NCBI GenBank assembly: GCA_934486895.1
Contig: CAKSQZ010000005.1
Coordinates: forward strand, 5,147 to 69,146
Direction: 5' to 3'
Length of the DNA: 64,000 nt
Source of the DNA: an uncultured Eubacteriales bacterium
GTDB lineage: Bacteria; Bacillota; Clostridia; Oscillospirales; Acutalibacteraceae
Shown here: positions 1 to 7,619 of the stretch, in pieces
How positions within the stretch are numbered: position 1 is the stretch's first letter
Layout of the letters: each line of letters begins with the position of its first letter
The notes under the pieces: generated by a model
The model's input: only the letters and a program-made list of their open reading frames with translations
Database searches by the model: none
Told to the model about the DNA's origin: nothing
Translations under genes and position numbers: made by a program

Positions 1-166
1 CTTGGGAACAACCGCAGCACCTTTCCTCGCGGTAACAGACGGGTTCCCAGTAGTAGGGAAAGTTTCATTTTGCGGATTTTGGACGCATTCAAGTGCGGCA
101 GCAAGTTTTTGCACCGCCGCAATAAGCGCGTCCGTTGCTGATAACTGAATTTTCATTTCTAACATT
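1..166 (-). CDS. Hypothetical phage protein, partial (runs off the window)
   Basis: ATG at 166-164 lies 9 nt after AGGAGG (rc of 176-181). Translation MLEMKIQLSATDALIAAVQKLAAALE... stays open to position 1. Confidence 0.4.
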
Positions 167-271
167 GGTGTTAGCCTCCTTGTTTATGTAAATTTTATTT
201 ATTTGACAATCGCATTTTTCGCCGGGATCGAGGTTTGCGCCGCAATCTGGGCAGGTGTGATAATAAGCCAC
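89..271 (-). CDS. Small zinc-ribbon-like phage protein (CPDC...CDC)
   Basis: ORF track gives MAYYHTCPDCGANLDPGEKCDCQ.... The C-terminal half overlaps the start of the next gene, so the true extent is uncertain. Confidence 0.4.
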   Translation of the reverse strand: MAYYHTCPDCGANLDPGEKCDCQINKIYINKEANTNVRNENSVISNGRAYCGGAKTCCRT

Positions 272-280
272 ATGGCCACC

Positions 281-493
281 TCACTTCAAATCGGTGTAAA
301 AACGGTCAGGATATCTGCGCTCCGAACGCAGTATCTCGGCTTTCAGGCGTTCAGCGCGACGCCTGCGCCGCTCGTCTTGTTTCGCAATTTTGCGCGCCCT
401 GCGGTCAAATATCCACTTCAGCAATTCGTCGCTTATCAGCATAAAAGTCATAAACAGCACAATAACAACGAGTAATATCAAGACATCAGCCAT
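281..493 (-). CDS. Small phage protein with an N-terminal TM helix and an Arg/Lys-rich tail
   Basis: ORF track. Its ATG directly abuts the stop of the upstream gene (494), which suggests translational coupling. Confidence 0.5.
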   Translation of the reverse strand: MADVLILLVVIVLFMTFMLISDELLKWIFDRRARKIAKQDERRRRRAERLKAEILRSERRYPDRFYTDLK

Positions 494-754
494 TTAACTC
501 ACTCCTTTCATTTTGAATTTAAGCGGCGTGTCAAATTCCAAATTCGGCAGCTGTTCAGCTAAATCAACCAGCTCGCCAAGTGTTATGGTGAGCGGGCGCT
601 CTAAGTTGTATGTGGTATTTTGATGAACACAACCGAACGCTTTGATGTCTCTCGGTTTCAGGTCTTTAGCCGCCATTGCGAGCTTAACTGCCATTGCAAT
701 ATCTTCACCAATCTGCTTCTTTCGCTCGGACGCGATGTATTTGATTTTTGGCAT
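494..754 (-). CDS. Hypothetical phage early protein
   Basis: Internal ATG (MPKIKYIASERKK...) lies 7 nt after AAAGGAG. The longer ORF-track start has no RBS. Confidence 0.55.
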   Translation of the reverse strand: MPKIKYIASERKKQIGEDIAMAVKLAMAAKDLKPRDIKAFGCVHQNTTYNLERPLTITLGELVDLAEQLPNLEFDTPLKFKMKGVS

Positions 755-770
755 TTTCATTCTCCTTTCT

Positions 771-786
771 TGTGACAAAATGTCAC
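771..786. promoter_or_regulatory. 16-bp palindrome TGTGACAAAATGTCAC immediately upstream of the SD of gene 494-754
   Basis: Perfect GTGACA/TGTCAC inverted repeat. A second copy sits at 998-1013 in the same position relative to an SD. Confidence 0.5.
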
Positions 787-821
787 TCGTTTTTTTATGG
801 CACTGCGCCACCTCTTAGCTC

Positions 822-980
822 TTAGTCGGGATTTGTTGCCTTTGTAATTCCTGAAAATACGCTGTCAAACTCCGAAAAAGCTCTGACTTTTCGAATCTGC
901 ACCAATCGAGAAGGCAATTCAAAGGACATTCGTACTACACGAGGACACCCGACTCCGCTGAAATCTTCGATTTCGTACAT
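822..980 (-). CDS. Hypothetical small phage protein
   Basis: ATG (MYEIEDFSGVGCPRV...) lies 9 nt after GGAAGGAG. This is shorter than the ORF-track start. Confidence 0.45.
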   Translation of the reverse strand: MYEIEDFSGVGCPRVVRMSFELPSRLVQIRKVRAFSEFDSVFSGITKATNPD

Positions 981-997
981 GTTTTGGCGCTCCTTCC

Positions 998-1013
998 TGT
1001 GACATTTTGTCAC
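998..1013. promoter_or_regulatory. 16-bp palindrome TGTGACATTTTGTCAC immediately upstream of the SD of gene 822-980
   Basis: Same half-sites as 771-786 and the same spacing to the downstream A(A/G)GAA(A/G)GAG ribosome-binding site. Confidence 0.5.
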
Positions 1014-1037
1014 TTTGTTTTTTGGCTTAGGTATCTT

Positions 1038-1250
1038 TTAGGAAACTTTATTTCCAAAAAAAATAGATAAAATTTTTTCGCCGTCAAGATTTAAAATTTC
1101 AGAAATTTTTGCAATTTCGCCCTGATTAAAATTGGTTTCGCCGTGCATTCTTGAATACAGCGCCTTTTTACCGATTCCAATTTTGTCTGCAAGTTTAGGG
1201 ATGGATAATCCACATCTAGCTATCTCCGCGTTCAGATCGTTGTAATTCAC
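1038..1250 (-). CDS. XRE-family helix-turn-helix protein (Cro-like early regulator)
   Basis: HTH signature LSIPKLADKIGIGKKALYSRMHG. GTG start after AAGGAGG. Divergent from the CI-like repressor. Confidence 0.8.
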   Translation of the reverse strand: MNYNDLNAEIARCGLSIPKLADKIGIGKKALYSRMHGETNFNQGEIAKISEILNLDGEKILSIFFGNKVS

Positions 1251-1288
1251 TTAATTTCACCTCCTTATGTTTCCTTTAGGACACTATT

Positions 1289-1317
1289 AATATATCACAC
1301 TTTTTTCCGGGTGTCAA
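1289..1317 (-). promoter_or_regulatory. Leftward sigma-A-type promoter (TTGACA-17-TATATT) for the cro-like early operon
   Basis: rc of 1312-1317 is TTGACA, rc of 1289-1294 is TATATT, with a 17-nt spacer. Confidence 0.6.
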
Positions 1318-1357
1318 CCCCTTTGGGAAACTTTTTTTAAAAAAACAATAAAAATAG

Positions 1358-1386
1358 TTGCATTTTTGAAACTTCCAGTGTATAAT
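1358..1386 (+). promoter_or_regulatory. Rightward promoter (TTGCAT-17-TATAAT) for the CI-like repressor operon
   Basis: TTGCAT at 1358-1363, TATAAT at 1381-1386, exact 17-nt spacer. Confidence 0.65.
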
Positions 1387-1422
1387 TTATTTATCAAAAG
1401 AAAAAAAGGGGGGCAAAAAAGA

Positions 1423-2076
1423 ATGAATATTGGCGATATTATATATAATGAAAGGAAAAAGCACGGATTAACATTGGAGCAAGTAGGAAACGCGGTTGGC
1501 GTTAGCAAAAGCACGGTAAAAAAGTGGGAAACCGGATATATTGCAAACATCAAAAGAGACAAAATAGCAAGGTTGGCTGATGTTTTGCGAATTAATCCGG
1601 TAACATTGATTAACGGCGACATGGATCAGGCTCATTTCCCCTCGCCAAAAATAACCGATGATGTTGTGGTGTTTCCTGTTGTCGGTGATATAGCCGCAGG
1701 TTACGACGAGATAGCTGTCGAGAATTGGACGGGCGATACAGTGAGTATTCCGACAGAGTACTTAAAAGGTAGGGAACGCTCAGAATTTTTTGTTTTGCGC
1801 GTTGTCGGCGATAGTATGTACCCGCTCTACATAGCCGGCGATCGGGTTTTGATTTTGAAGCAGCCCACACTAAACCGATCGGGGGATGTTGGCGCAGTGC
1901 TTTATGAGGACGAATGCGCGACGTTGAAGAAGATTGAATATGTCACTGGAGAGGATTGGATGAAGCTGATACCGCTGAATCCTGCTTATCCCCCGAAAAC
2001 CATAACAGGCGAACAATTAGAACATTGCCGTGTTATCGGCATTCCGAAAATGCTTATCAGGGATATAGAAGAATGA
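1423..2076 (+). CDS. LexA/CI-type phage repressor (XRE HTH plus S24 peptidase domain)
   Basis: N-terminal HTH LTLEQVGNAVGVSKSTVKKWETG. C-terminal S24-like VVGDSMYP...LKK (Ser/Lys dyad context). Start taken at MNIGDII after the G-rich RBS. Confidence 0.85.
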   Translation: MNIGDIIYNERKKHGLTLEQVGNAVGVSKSTVKKWETGYIANIKRDKIARLADVLRINPVTLINGDMDQAHFPSPKITDDVVVFPVVGDIAAGYDEIAVENWTGDTVSIPTEYLKGRERSEFFVLRVVGDSMYPLYIAGDRVLILKQPTLNRSGDVGAVLYEDECATLKKIEYVTGEDWMKLIPLNPAYPPKTITGEQLEHCRVIGIPKMLIRDIEE

Positions 2077-2147
2077 GCGATAATAACAAAAAATATTGTG
2101 TGGCAAAACCACGTAATTATAATATTAAATAAAAGGGAGAAATAACA

Positions 2148-2849
2148 ATGACAACAATGACAACTGAAGCCAAAAACTATCCAGCCAAAAAAGGATTATG
2201 TATCGCACTTGCGGTGTTCGGCATTTTTGTTTCGATGATATGCTTTATTGCCGGAATTGCAGTGCTCACTGAGGATCACAGTATTTTTTCGGGCGTTTCT
2301 TGCCTTGCATTTTGTGCGTTCAGCATTTTTTTGGTCGTCAAGCTTTTTACCGCGCCGAGAAAGCGTGCCGAGGGTGTTAGGGTGAATATAGCGAAGTATT
2401 TCTTCGGTAGCGCTATATGCCTGTTAGCTGCAGTGTTGACTATTTCTACAGGCGGCAGAGCCGATAAGCCGCTGATTGCTGACGCAGATGCCATTGCACT
2501 CAATTTGACATCAGAACAAGCGAAGGAGCGCGCAGAATTTATCGCGACTTGCAAACAGGTTGATGCTGAATATTTGGATCAACCGACCTTTTCGCATGAC
2601 GAAAGAATAGCTGTCACTGGTTTGATCTCGGAAATTTACACATCTAATAAGGACGCTAGATACGGTAACTACATACTGGTCAAAATTAACGGGAGAAAAT
2701 ATTATGCATCGGTTCATGGTGCAAGCTTAGATGTTTTGGAAGTTGGAAAAGACATAACCCTCTACGGCAACCGATTTGGACAGACCATTTTAGACGGAAA
2801 AAACAAACGCCAATCAATTAACGCAAAATGGTTTGCGGTAGCTAAATAA
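2148..2849 (+). CDS. Prophage membrane protein (3 predicted TM helices plus a C-terminal soluble domain), candidate lysogenic-conversion or exclusion gene
   Basis: ORF track shows hydrophobic segments in the N-terminal ~100 aa. It lies between the repressor and the integrase. I recognise no family. Confidence 0.6.
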   Translation: MTTMTTEAKNYPAKKGLCIALAVFGIFVSMICFIAGIAVLTEDHSIFSGVSCLAFCAFSIFLVVKLFTAPRKRAEGVRVNIAKYFFGSAICLLAAVLTISTGGRADKPLIADADAIALNLTSEQAKERAEFIATCKQVDAEYLDQPTFSHDERIAVTGLISEIYTSNKDARYGNYILVKINGRKYYASVHGASLDVLEVGKDITLYGNRFGQTILDGKNKRQSINAKWFAVAK

Positions 2850-2863
2850 AAAAGGGATTAAAA

Positions 2864-3928
2864 ATGGCGAAAGCGAAAAAACTGCCGTCGGGGCGGTGGA
2901 GAGTCCAGCCTTGTAAGGTGATTGACGGCAAAAAAACACGGTGTTCAATCGTAGCCGATACAAAACGCGAAGCGGAATTGTTAGCAGCAGAATGGGTATG
3001 CAACAATACGCCTAAAAACAACCAAGCCGGTCTGACAGTCGCCGAAGCGATTGATGAATATGTTAAGCTGAAAGACGGCGTTTTATCGCCATCAACCATT
3101 CGCGGGTATGTCAATATTCGCAAGAACAGTATCGAACCAGTAGCCGACATTAAGCTTCCCGACCTTACAACGAATCGCATGCAAGCGTTTATCAATGATA
3201 TTGCGAAGTCAAAGTCCGCTAAGACAGTCTACAATGTATATGGGCTGATAGCGTCTGTAATGCGTCAATTTGCACCGCAGTATCAATTCGATAGAATAAC
3301 CCTACCGCAAAGGCAAAAACCTGAAACGCAGGCGCTGAGCGGAAAAGAGATAGCAATGTTTATCAACGCTGTCGACGGACACAGAAACGAAATACCGTTT
3401 TTACTTGCCGTGTGGCTGGGTCTTAGGCAGTCTGAAATCCTCGGGCTGATGTGGGAAGATGTGAGCTTTAAAAGCAACACAATTTACATTCATCGCGCGA
3501 AAGTGCCGAACGCCCAAAACAAGTATGTTTTAAAGGATTGCACCAAAAACAAAAGTAGCACTAGGGTTCTTCCGCTGCCGAGCTATATTTCCGATAAAAT
3601 GAAAGCCGTAGCGGATAAGGAAGGCCATGTCGTTCAAGCGTCGGCTTCGCTCCTGTTTAAGGACTTGCAGAAAGTCTGTGCTTCAATCGGGCTGGAGCAT
3701 ATAGGGCTTCACGACCTGCGCCGATCTATGGCAACATTGGGCGTTACACTGAATATCGCGGACAAAGCAATGATGGCTCGCGGCGGCTGGTCTAATCCGC
3801 AGACAATGAAAAACATATACCAACAAGCGCTTGAGGGCGATCGAGATCGAGCGGCCGTCGCGATTGATGACTATATCATGGAACAATTACAAGAAAGTGC
3901 ACTCAAAAGTGCACACGAAAAAAATTAA
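2864..3928 (+). CDS. int: Tyrosine-type site-specific integrase
   Basis: Catalytic-region motifs LGLRQSEILGL, HDLRRS, and a C-terminal ...NIYQQA Tyr region. Adjacent to the tRNA-end att site. Confidence 0.9.
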   Translation: MAKAKKLPSGRWRVQPCKVIDGKKTRCSIVADTKREAELLAAEWVCNNTPKNNQAGLTVAEAIDEYVKLKDGVLSPSTIRGYVNIRKNSIEPVADIKLPDLTTNRMQAFINDIAKSKSAKTVYNVYGLIASVMRQFAPQYQFDRITLPQRQKPETQALSGKEIAMFINAVDGHRNEIPFLLAVWLGLRQSEILGLMWEDVSFKSNTIYIHRAKVPNAQNKYVLKDCTKNKSSTRVLPLPSYISDKMKAVADKEGHVVQASASLLFKDLQKVCASIGLEHIGLHDLRRSMATLGVTLNIADKAMMARGGWSNPQTMKNIYQQALEGDRDRAAVAIDDYIMEQLQESALKSAHEKN

Positions 3929-3963
3929 ATCGCATAACCAATAGGATTGTCGGGCACAATCGA

Positions 3964-3991
3964 TAGGGTTCAAATCCCTCACTCTGCGCCA
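3964..3991 (+). tRNA. 3' fragment of a tRNA gene (T-arm, 3' acceptor strand, discriminator, CCA), probably the attR core
   Basis: TAGGG-TTCAAAT-CCCTC, ACTCTGC, G, CCA. No matching 5' acceptor strand (GCAGAGT) within 90 nt upstream, so this is not a complete tRNA. Confidence 0.5.
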
Positions 3992-3997
3992 GATGAA

Positions 3998-4030
3998 GAA
4001 ACCGCACAACTGTGCGGTTTCTTTTATTTT
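3998..4030 (+). terminator. Rho-independent terminator, presumably the original tRNA terminator
   Basis: GAAACCGCACA/TGTGCGGTTTC stem followed by TTTTATTTT. Confidence 0.7.
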
Positions 4031-4144
4031 TGGCTTAGTTATGCGATTTGTAGCTATTGTGCGAAACAAAATTATTTTACATATTTATGATATTTTTTAT
4101 AAAAAGCCCTTTTTGTCACTCGTGTCACTTTTTTAATAATACAA

Positions 4145-4172
4145 AGAGAGGGAGCTGCTATGCTCCCTCTCT
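4145..4172 (-). terminator. Hairpin downstream of the 4852-4291 small-gene pair (weak terminator)
   Basis: AGAGAGGGAGC/GCTCCCTCTCT stem. The minus-strand tail TTGTATTATT is only moderately T-rich. Confidence 0.35.
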
Positions 4173-4290
4173 ATCACTGTTGCAAAAATTTCTCAATAGC
4201 CTGCTTTATAATTTGGGCTTGCGGTATATTCTCGTTATCTGAATATAACTATAATTGCATTCGCTTTGACCTTATATGCGCTTTTCGTGT

Positions 4291-4515
4291 TTAATATAGG
4301 CCGCTTTCTTTCTGTTTCCTATAATATTCGGCGTAGTCTTTGATGATCCTTTGCTTCATATCTTCTGAAACGTTTTCATTAAAGCATAAGACATAATCTT
4401 CCTCTGCGTGTCTCTGCTTTGGGTCTTTCGGATAAAAGTTTTCCGGTAATCCGGGCGGCAAAACACCATAATAGTCGTCTGCATAAAGTAGTATAGGCTT
4501 AGGGTTATAAAGCAT
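4291..4515 (-). CDS. Hypothetical small acidic protein (74 aa)
   Basis: ORF track. Its C-terminal ...EDMKQRIIKDYAEYYRKQ resembles the tail of its neighbour 4574-4852. Confidence 0.55.
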   Translation of the reverse strand: MLYNPKPILLYADDYYGVLPPGLPENFYPKDPKQRHAEEDYVLCFNENVSEDMKQRIIKDYAEYYRKQKESGLY

Positions 4516-4573
4516 GCTGTCTCCACTCCCTTTTGAAATATTTAATGGATTTGTCGGCTTGCCGATATCGTTG

Positions 4574-4852
4574 TTAATCGTCCATTCCTAATTTTCTTTT
4601 CAATTCGTTGTACTCGGCTTCCAATTGGGCAAATCGCTGCTTTACGTCTTCAGGAGTTTCAGGGTCGATCACAACCCATTTACCGCCCGGAGAACTACCG
4701 TCAAGCGGAGCGGGATTGTCCATCGAATAAAGATAGTCCTCATTGCTGTCGTCGATAACCCTGTAAAAGCCGTCATCATAAATGGCATCATATATTTTGC
4801 CGTTAGTTAAGCTAAATACGCCAAAAGATTCACCGACATATTTTAGTTTCAT
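4574..4852 (-). CDS. Hypothetical small acidic protein (92 aa)
   Basis: ORF track. Its ATG overlaps the stop of an upstream decayed reading frame (ATGA). Confidence 0.6.
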   Translation of the reverse strand: MKLKYVGESFGVFSLTNGKIYDAIYDDGFYRVIDDSNEDYLYSMDNPAPLDGSSPGGKWVVIDPETPEDVKQRFAQLEAEYNELKRKLGMDD

Positions 4853-5167
4853 GGTTTATGCTCCTTTCTATGCTTGAGTTTAGCTTCGTATTGTATACCG
4901 TCATATTCATAAAAATGTACATCAAAACTGTATTTTTTGCTAACGATTTTTGCGGCTTGCTTTGTATCTTCGGAACCGGTTTTCGTCCGCTTTTCTGTTG
5001 GTACTACTGTTTCACACGATCAAGGCTATAATCTGCGTCAGCGACAGCGGATCGGGATCACCTATGTATGCGTATGTCAGCACCTGCCGCTCAAGCAGAT
5101 CAGGCAACGCTATAATTGACGTAATAATGTCGTGTCGGTTAAGGTATACACATATATTCGCAATATT
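4849..5167 (-). pseudogene. Decayed or frameshifted reading frame, possibly a remnant of an HTH/sigma-region-4-like gene
   Basis: Hand translation gives two adjacent open frames without start codons. The first is ...IIALPDLLERQVLTYAYIGDPDPLSLTQIIALIV*. The second, shifted by 1 nt, is SCETVVPTEKRTKTGSED...KLKHRKEHKP* and ends in ATGA with the next gene. Confidence 0.25.
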
Positions 5168-5251
5168 TCAAACATAAAAATACCAGCGTGGTTCACTCCC
5201 CGGTGGTTGAATATGAAATATTTACTTGTAAGGCGACAAACCGAATTATGC

Positions 5252-5662
5252 TTACCCCGTATAAGCATCGTCCGGCGTGTTCTTGAAATTCTGCTTTGCA
5301 AGCCACAGCTTTTCCTCTTCGTTCTCCGGAATGTCAATTCGCTCGATTTTGAAGATAACGGGGCGTGTACCGTCATTGCAGCAGGCAATCATCATTCTGT
5401 CGTCATTTGTCCACTTGCGCATAATGGAGCCGCCCTGCAACGCAGCATAAACATATCGGCTGATGGCATCCCATGCCTCTCCGCAGAATTTACCGTTCAT
5501 CAAATGGTAAAAGTCATCCTGCTCCGGCGTTCTTTTCAGGAGGAATGTGTCTCCCGCTTTGAAGCAGGGACACGGACCGGATTTCGGATCAGCCAAATAC
5601 TTTTCCTGTAATTCCGGAAACACCTTTGTCTCCAATACCGTTATCTTGCATTCGTAGTTCAT
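5252..5662 (-). CDS. TIGR04076-family protein
   Basis: Recognised pattern KITVLETKVFPELQEKYL...GPCPCFKAGDTF...CGEAWDAI...ACCNDGTRPVIFKIERI. Carries a ~30-aa C-terminal extension. Confidence 0.75.
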   Translation of the reverse strand: MNYECKITVLETKVFPELQEKYLADPKSGPCPCFKAGDTFLLKRTPEQDDFYHLMNGKFCGEAWDAISRYVYAALQGGSIMRKWTNDDRMMIACCNDGTRPVIFKIERIDIPENEEEKLWLAKQNFKNTPDDAYTG

Positions 5663-5720
5663 AAAAGCCTCCTATGTCTTCAATGTATCGGGTTCAACAA
5701 ACTTGAAGTCGACACACCGG

Positions 5721-6113
5721 TTATAACCACCACTCCGGTGTCAATGCGTCCAGTGTGACAATTCTTCTGTTTTCATAATCCATCATGATTTCAATAAAAC
5801 GGTAATTATCGGGCATAAGCTGCACCATAAGTTCCCGACAGGCACCGCACGGTGGAATCGCCTTGCCGTTGCTGTCAATAGCGATTACCCGGCGGATAGC
5901 ATTTTCTCCATTCGTAATCATATTAAATATGGCGTTACGTTCAGCGCATACGCCTAAAGTACAGGCGGTATCAACACAAACTCCTACATAAATATTTCCC
6001 GATACAGATTCCACTGCCGCGGCGACTCCGCCCGCTTTAATCCTGCTTGAAATCTGTCTCGGTTCCAATACATCGAGAGCGGCTTGATGCAACTCATTCC
6101 ATGAATTTTCCAT
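5721..6113 (-). CDS. cdd: Cytidine/deoxycytidine deaminase
   Basis: Zinc-binding motifs CAERNA and PCGACRELM. The ~130-aa size fits tetrameric Cdd. Confidence 0.85.
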   Translation of the reverse strand: MENSWNELHQAALDVLEPRQISSRIKAGGVAAAVESVSGNIYVGVCVDTACTLGVCAERNAIFNMITNGENAIRRVIAIDSNGKAIPPCGACRELMVQLMPDNYRFIEIMMDYENRRIVTLDALTPEWWL

Positions 6114-6302
6114 CAGTTCCTCCTACAACTTTCGATTTGTCTTTCAGTTATAAAAACATTATAACATACTTTTGTGAATTTTTCTACCTCTTATAGAAAT
6201 GTGAACACCTTTTTGACTGTGTCTTTCTCAGGAACGGTGTCATTAAAACAGTTCATCGTTCTCTGTCGTGTCCGCGCCGAACTTTTCCGCAATAAATCAA
6301 AT

Positions 6303-7619
6303 TTATCCGCGCTTCAGAGTTATGGTGAAAACAGTGCCTGTGTCTTCGGAACTTTTTGCCGATATATCACAGCCGAGAAGATCGGAAAGACTTTTTGCAA
6401 TGCTCAGCCCGAGACCGTGCCCGCCGCCTGAGCGCGCCTTATCCGAACGATAAAACCGATCGAAAATATGCTTTAGATCCTCTATGCTCAGCGGATCTCC
6501 GCTGTTTTTAACACTGAGGTGCAAAAGCGATCTATCGGCTGTGAGCGAGATATCAACAGTCTGGCCCTTAGGCGAATACTTGATTGCATTGTCGATAAGT
6601 ATATGAAGAAGCTGCATTACAAGCTTCTGATCGGTCACCGCATACATATCCTGCTCGATATGCGTTTCAACCGACACGCCCTTTTCAAATGCAATCGGCT
6701 CAAACGAAAGCTCGCACGATTCGATAAGGTCACTGATATTGGTCTTTTCAAGGCAAGGCTTTATTGCGTTTTCATCGGAGCGTGCAAGGAAAAGCAGACG
6801 CTCTGTTAGCTCTTTCATGCGCTCAGCTTCCTCTTTTGTGCTTTGCAGCCATTTGCGGTCGCTGTCGGTCACAGTGTCGGACGACAGCAAAAGATCGCTG
6901 TTTGCCAAGATTACGGTAAGCGGAGTTTTCAGCTCGTGCGATGCATCAGACACAAACTGCCGCTGTTGAGTCCACGCTAGCTTTGCGGGCTTTATTGCAA
7001 TGCCCGAAAGCCAAACGCTGACACCGAACAGAGCTGCAAGGCTGAGTGTGCCGAGTGCTATGGAGATCATGACGGTGTTTTTCGTTTGGGAATAGATCTC
7101 CGAGCTGTCGGCGAATGAGATCTTGATACCGTCGGGAGAGCCTGAGCAGACATAGATAAGTCCGAGAGAAGAAAGCTTGCCCTCCTGCTTACCGCTTTCA
7201 ATAACAGCGTCCACCGCACTTTCGAGCACATTTTTATCGATCGTTGCATTCTGCTCATAGGTCTTGACTATTTCGCCGTCGGTATCGGAAAAATCGATCT
7301 TAGGCTCGGACGGCGCTTTGCCGTCCTTCCTTATATCGCTTGCCGTTTCGGGCGCAGCAGGATCAGACTGACCGTTTTTTCGGAGCAACACCGTGACGCA
7401 GGCTATCATGCGGCGAGCATCATCGGGCTTGCCTGTGCCGATCCTCGGATGTTCGGTATTGTCAGGCTCGGCTGTCATCGTCTGTCTTAATGAGCGTGTT
7501 ATATCGTCTGCCGCGCCGACATAAGTGTTGACGCAGATAGCAATGAAAATAGCGACTATTATCGCTCCCACCGTGAGCATATTGATAAGAATAAATCTGC
7601 GGCGAAGTTTTTTGAGCAT
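6303..7619 (-). CDS. Sensor histidine kinase (two TM helices, large extracytoplasmic loop, HisKA plus HATPase)
   Basis: H-box FVSDASHELKTPLT, N-box IDNAIKYSP, G-box GGHGLGLSI. Its start overlaps the stop of the response regulator. Confidence 0.9.
   Translation of the reverse strand: MLKKLRRRFILINMLTVGAIIVAIFIAICVNTYVGAADDITRSLRQTMTAEPDNTEHPRIGTGKPDDARRMIACVTVLLRKNGQSDPAAPETASDIRKDGKAPSEPKIDFSDTDGEIVKTYEQNATIDKNVLESAVDAVIESGKQEGKLSSLGLIYVCSGSPDGIKISFADSSEIYSQTKNTVMISIALGTLSLAALFGVSVWLSGIAIKPAKLAWTQQRQFVSDASHELKTPLTVILANSDLLLSSDTVTDSDRKWLQSTKEEAERMKELTERLLFLARSDENAIKPCLEKTNISDLIESCELSFEPIAFEKGVSVETHIEQDMYAVTDQKLVMQLLHILIDNAIKYSPKGQTVDISLTADRSLLHLSVKNSGDPLSIEDLKHIFDRFYRSDKARSGGGHGLGLSIAKSLSDLLGCDISAKSSEDTGTVFTITLKRG

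Larger units (their letters stand above)
1..3991. mobile_element. Right-hand end of an integrated temperate phage or integrative element. Contains early genes, a cro/cI-type switch, a membrane moron, an integrase and attR. The element continues to the left of the window.
   Basis: Small leftward early genes, divergent XRE/Cro-like and LexA/CI-like repressors with back-to-back promoters, then a tyrosine integrase. It ends at a tRNA 3'-end fragment followed by a host-type terminator. Confidence 0.7.

Noticed and set aside
3916-3991. A complete tRNA gene ending at 3991
   Set aside because: No 5' acceptor strand complementary to ACTCTGC exists. No D-arm is present. The only anticodon-like stem-loop (GATTG-TCGGGCA-CAATC) lacks U33. 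The 5' part would also overlap the integrase stop. It was called a 3' fragment only.
1018-4042. Shared 12-mer TTTTTGGCTTAG (1019-1030 and 4027-4038) and 10-mer TGTCACTCGT (781-790 and 4114-4123) as possible att or direct-repeat signals
   Set aside because: Exact 10-12-mers are expected to recur by chance many times in 64 kb, and one copy of each lies inside the element, so they cannot be att duplications. Only the palindromic 16-mers with identical RBS context were retained.
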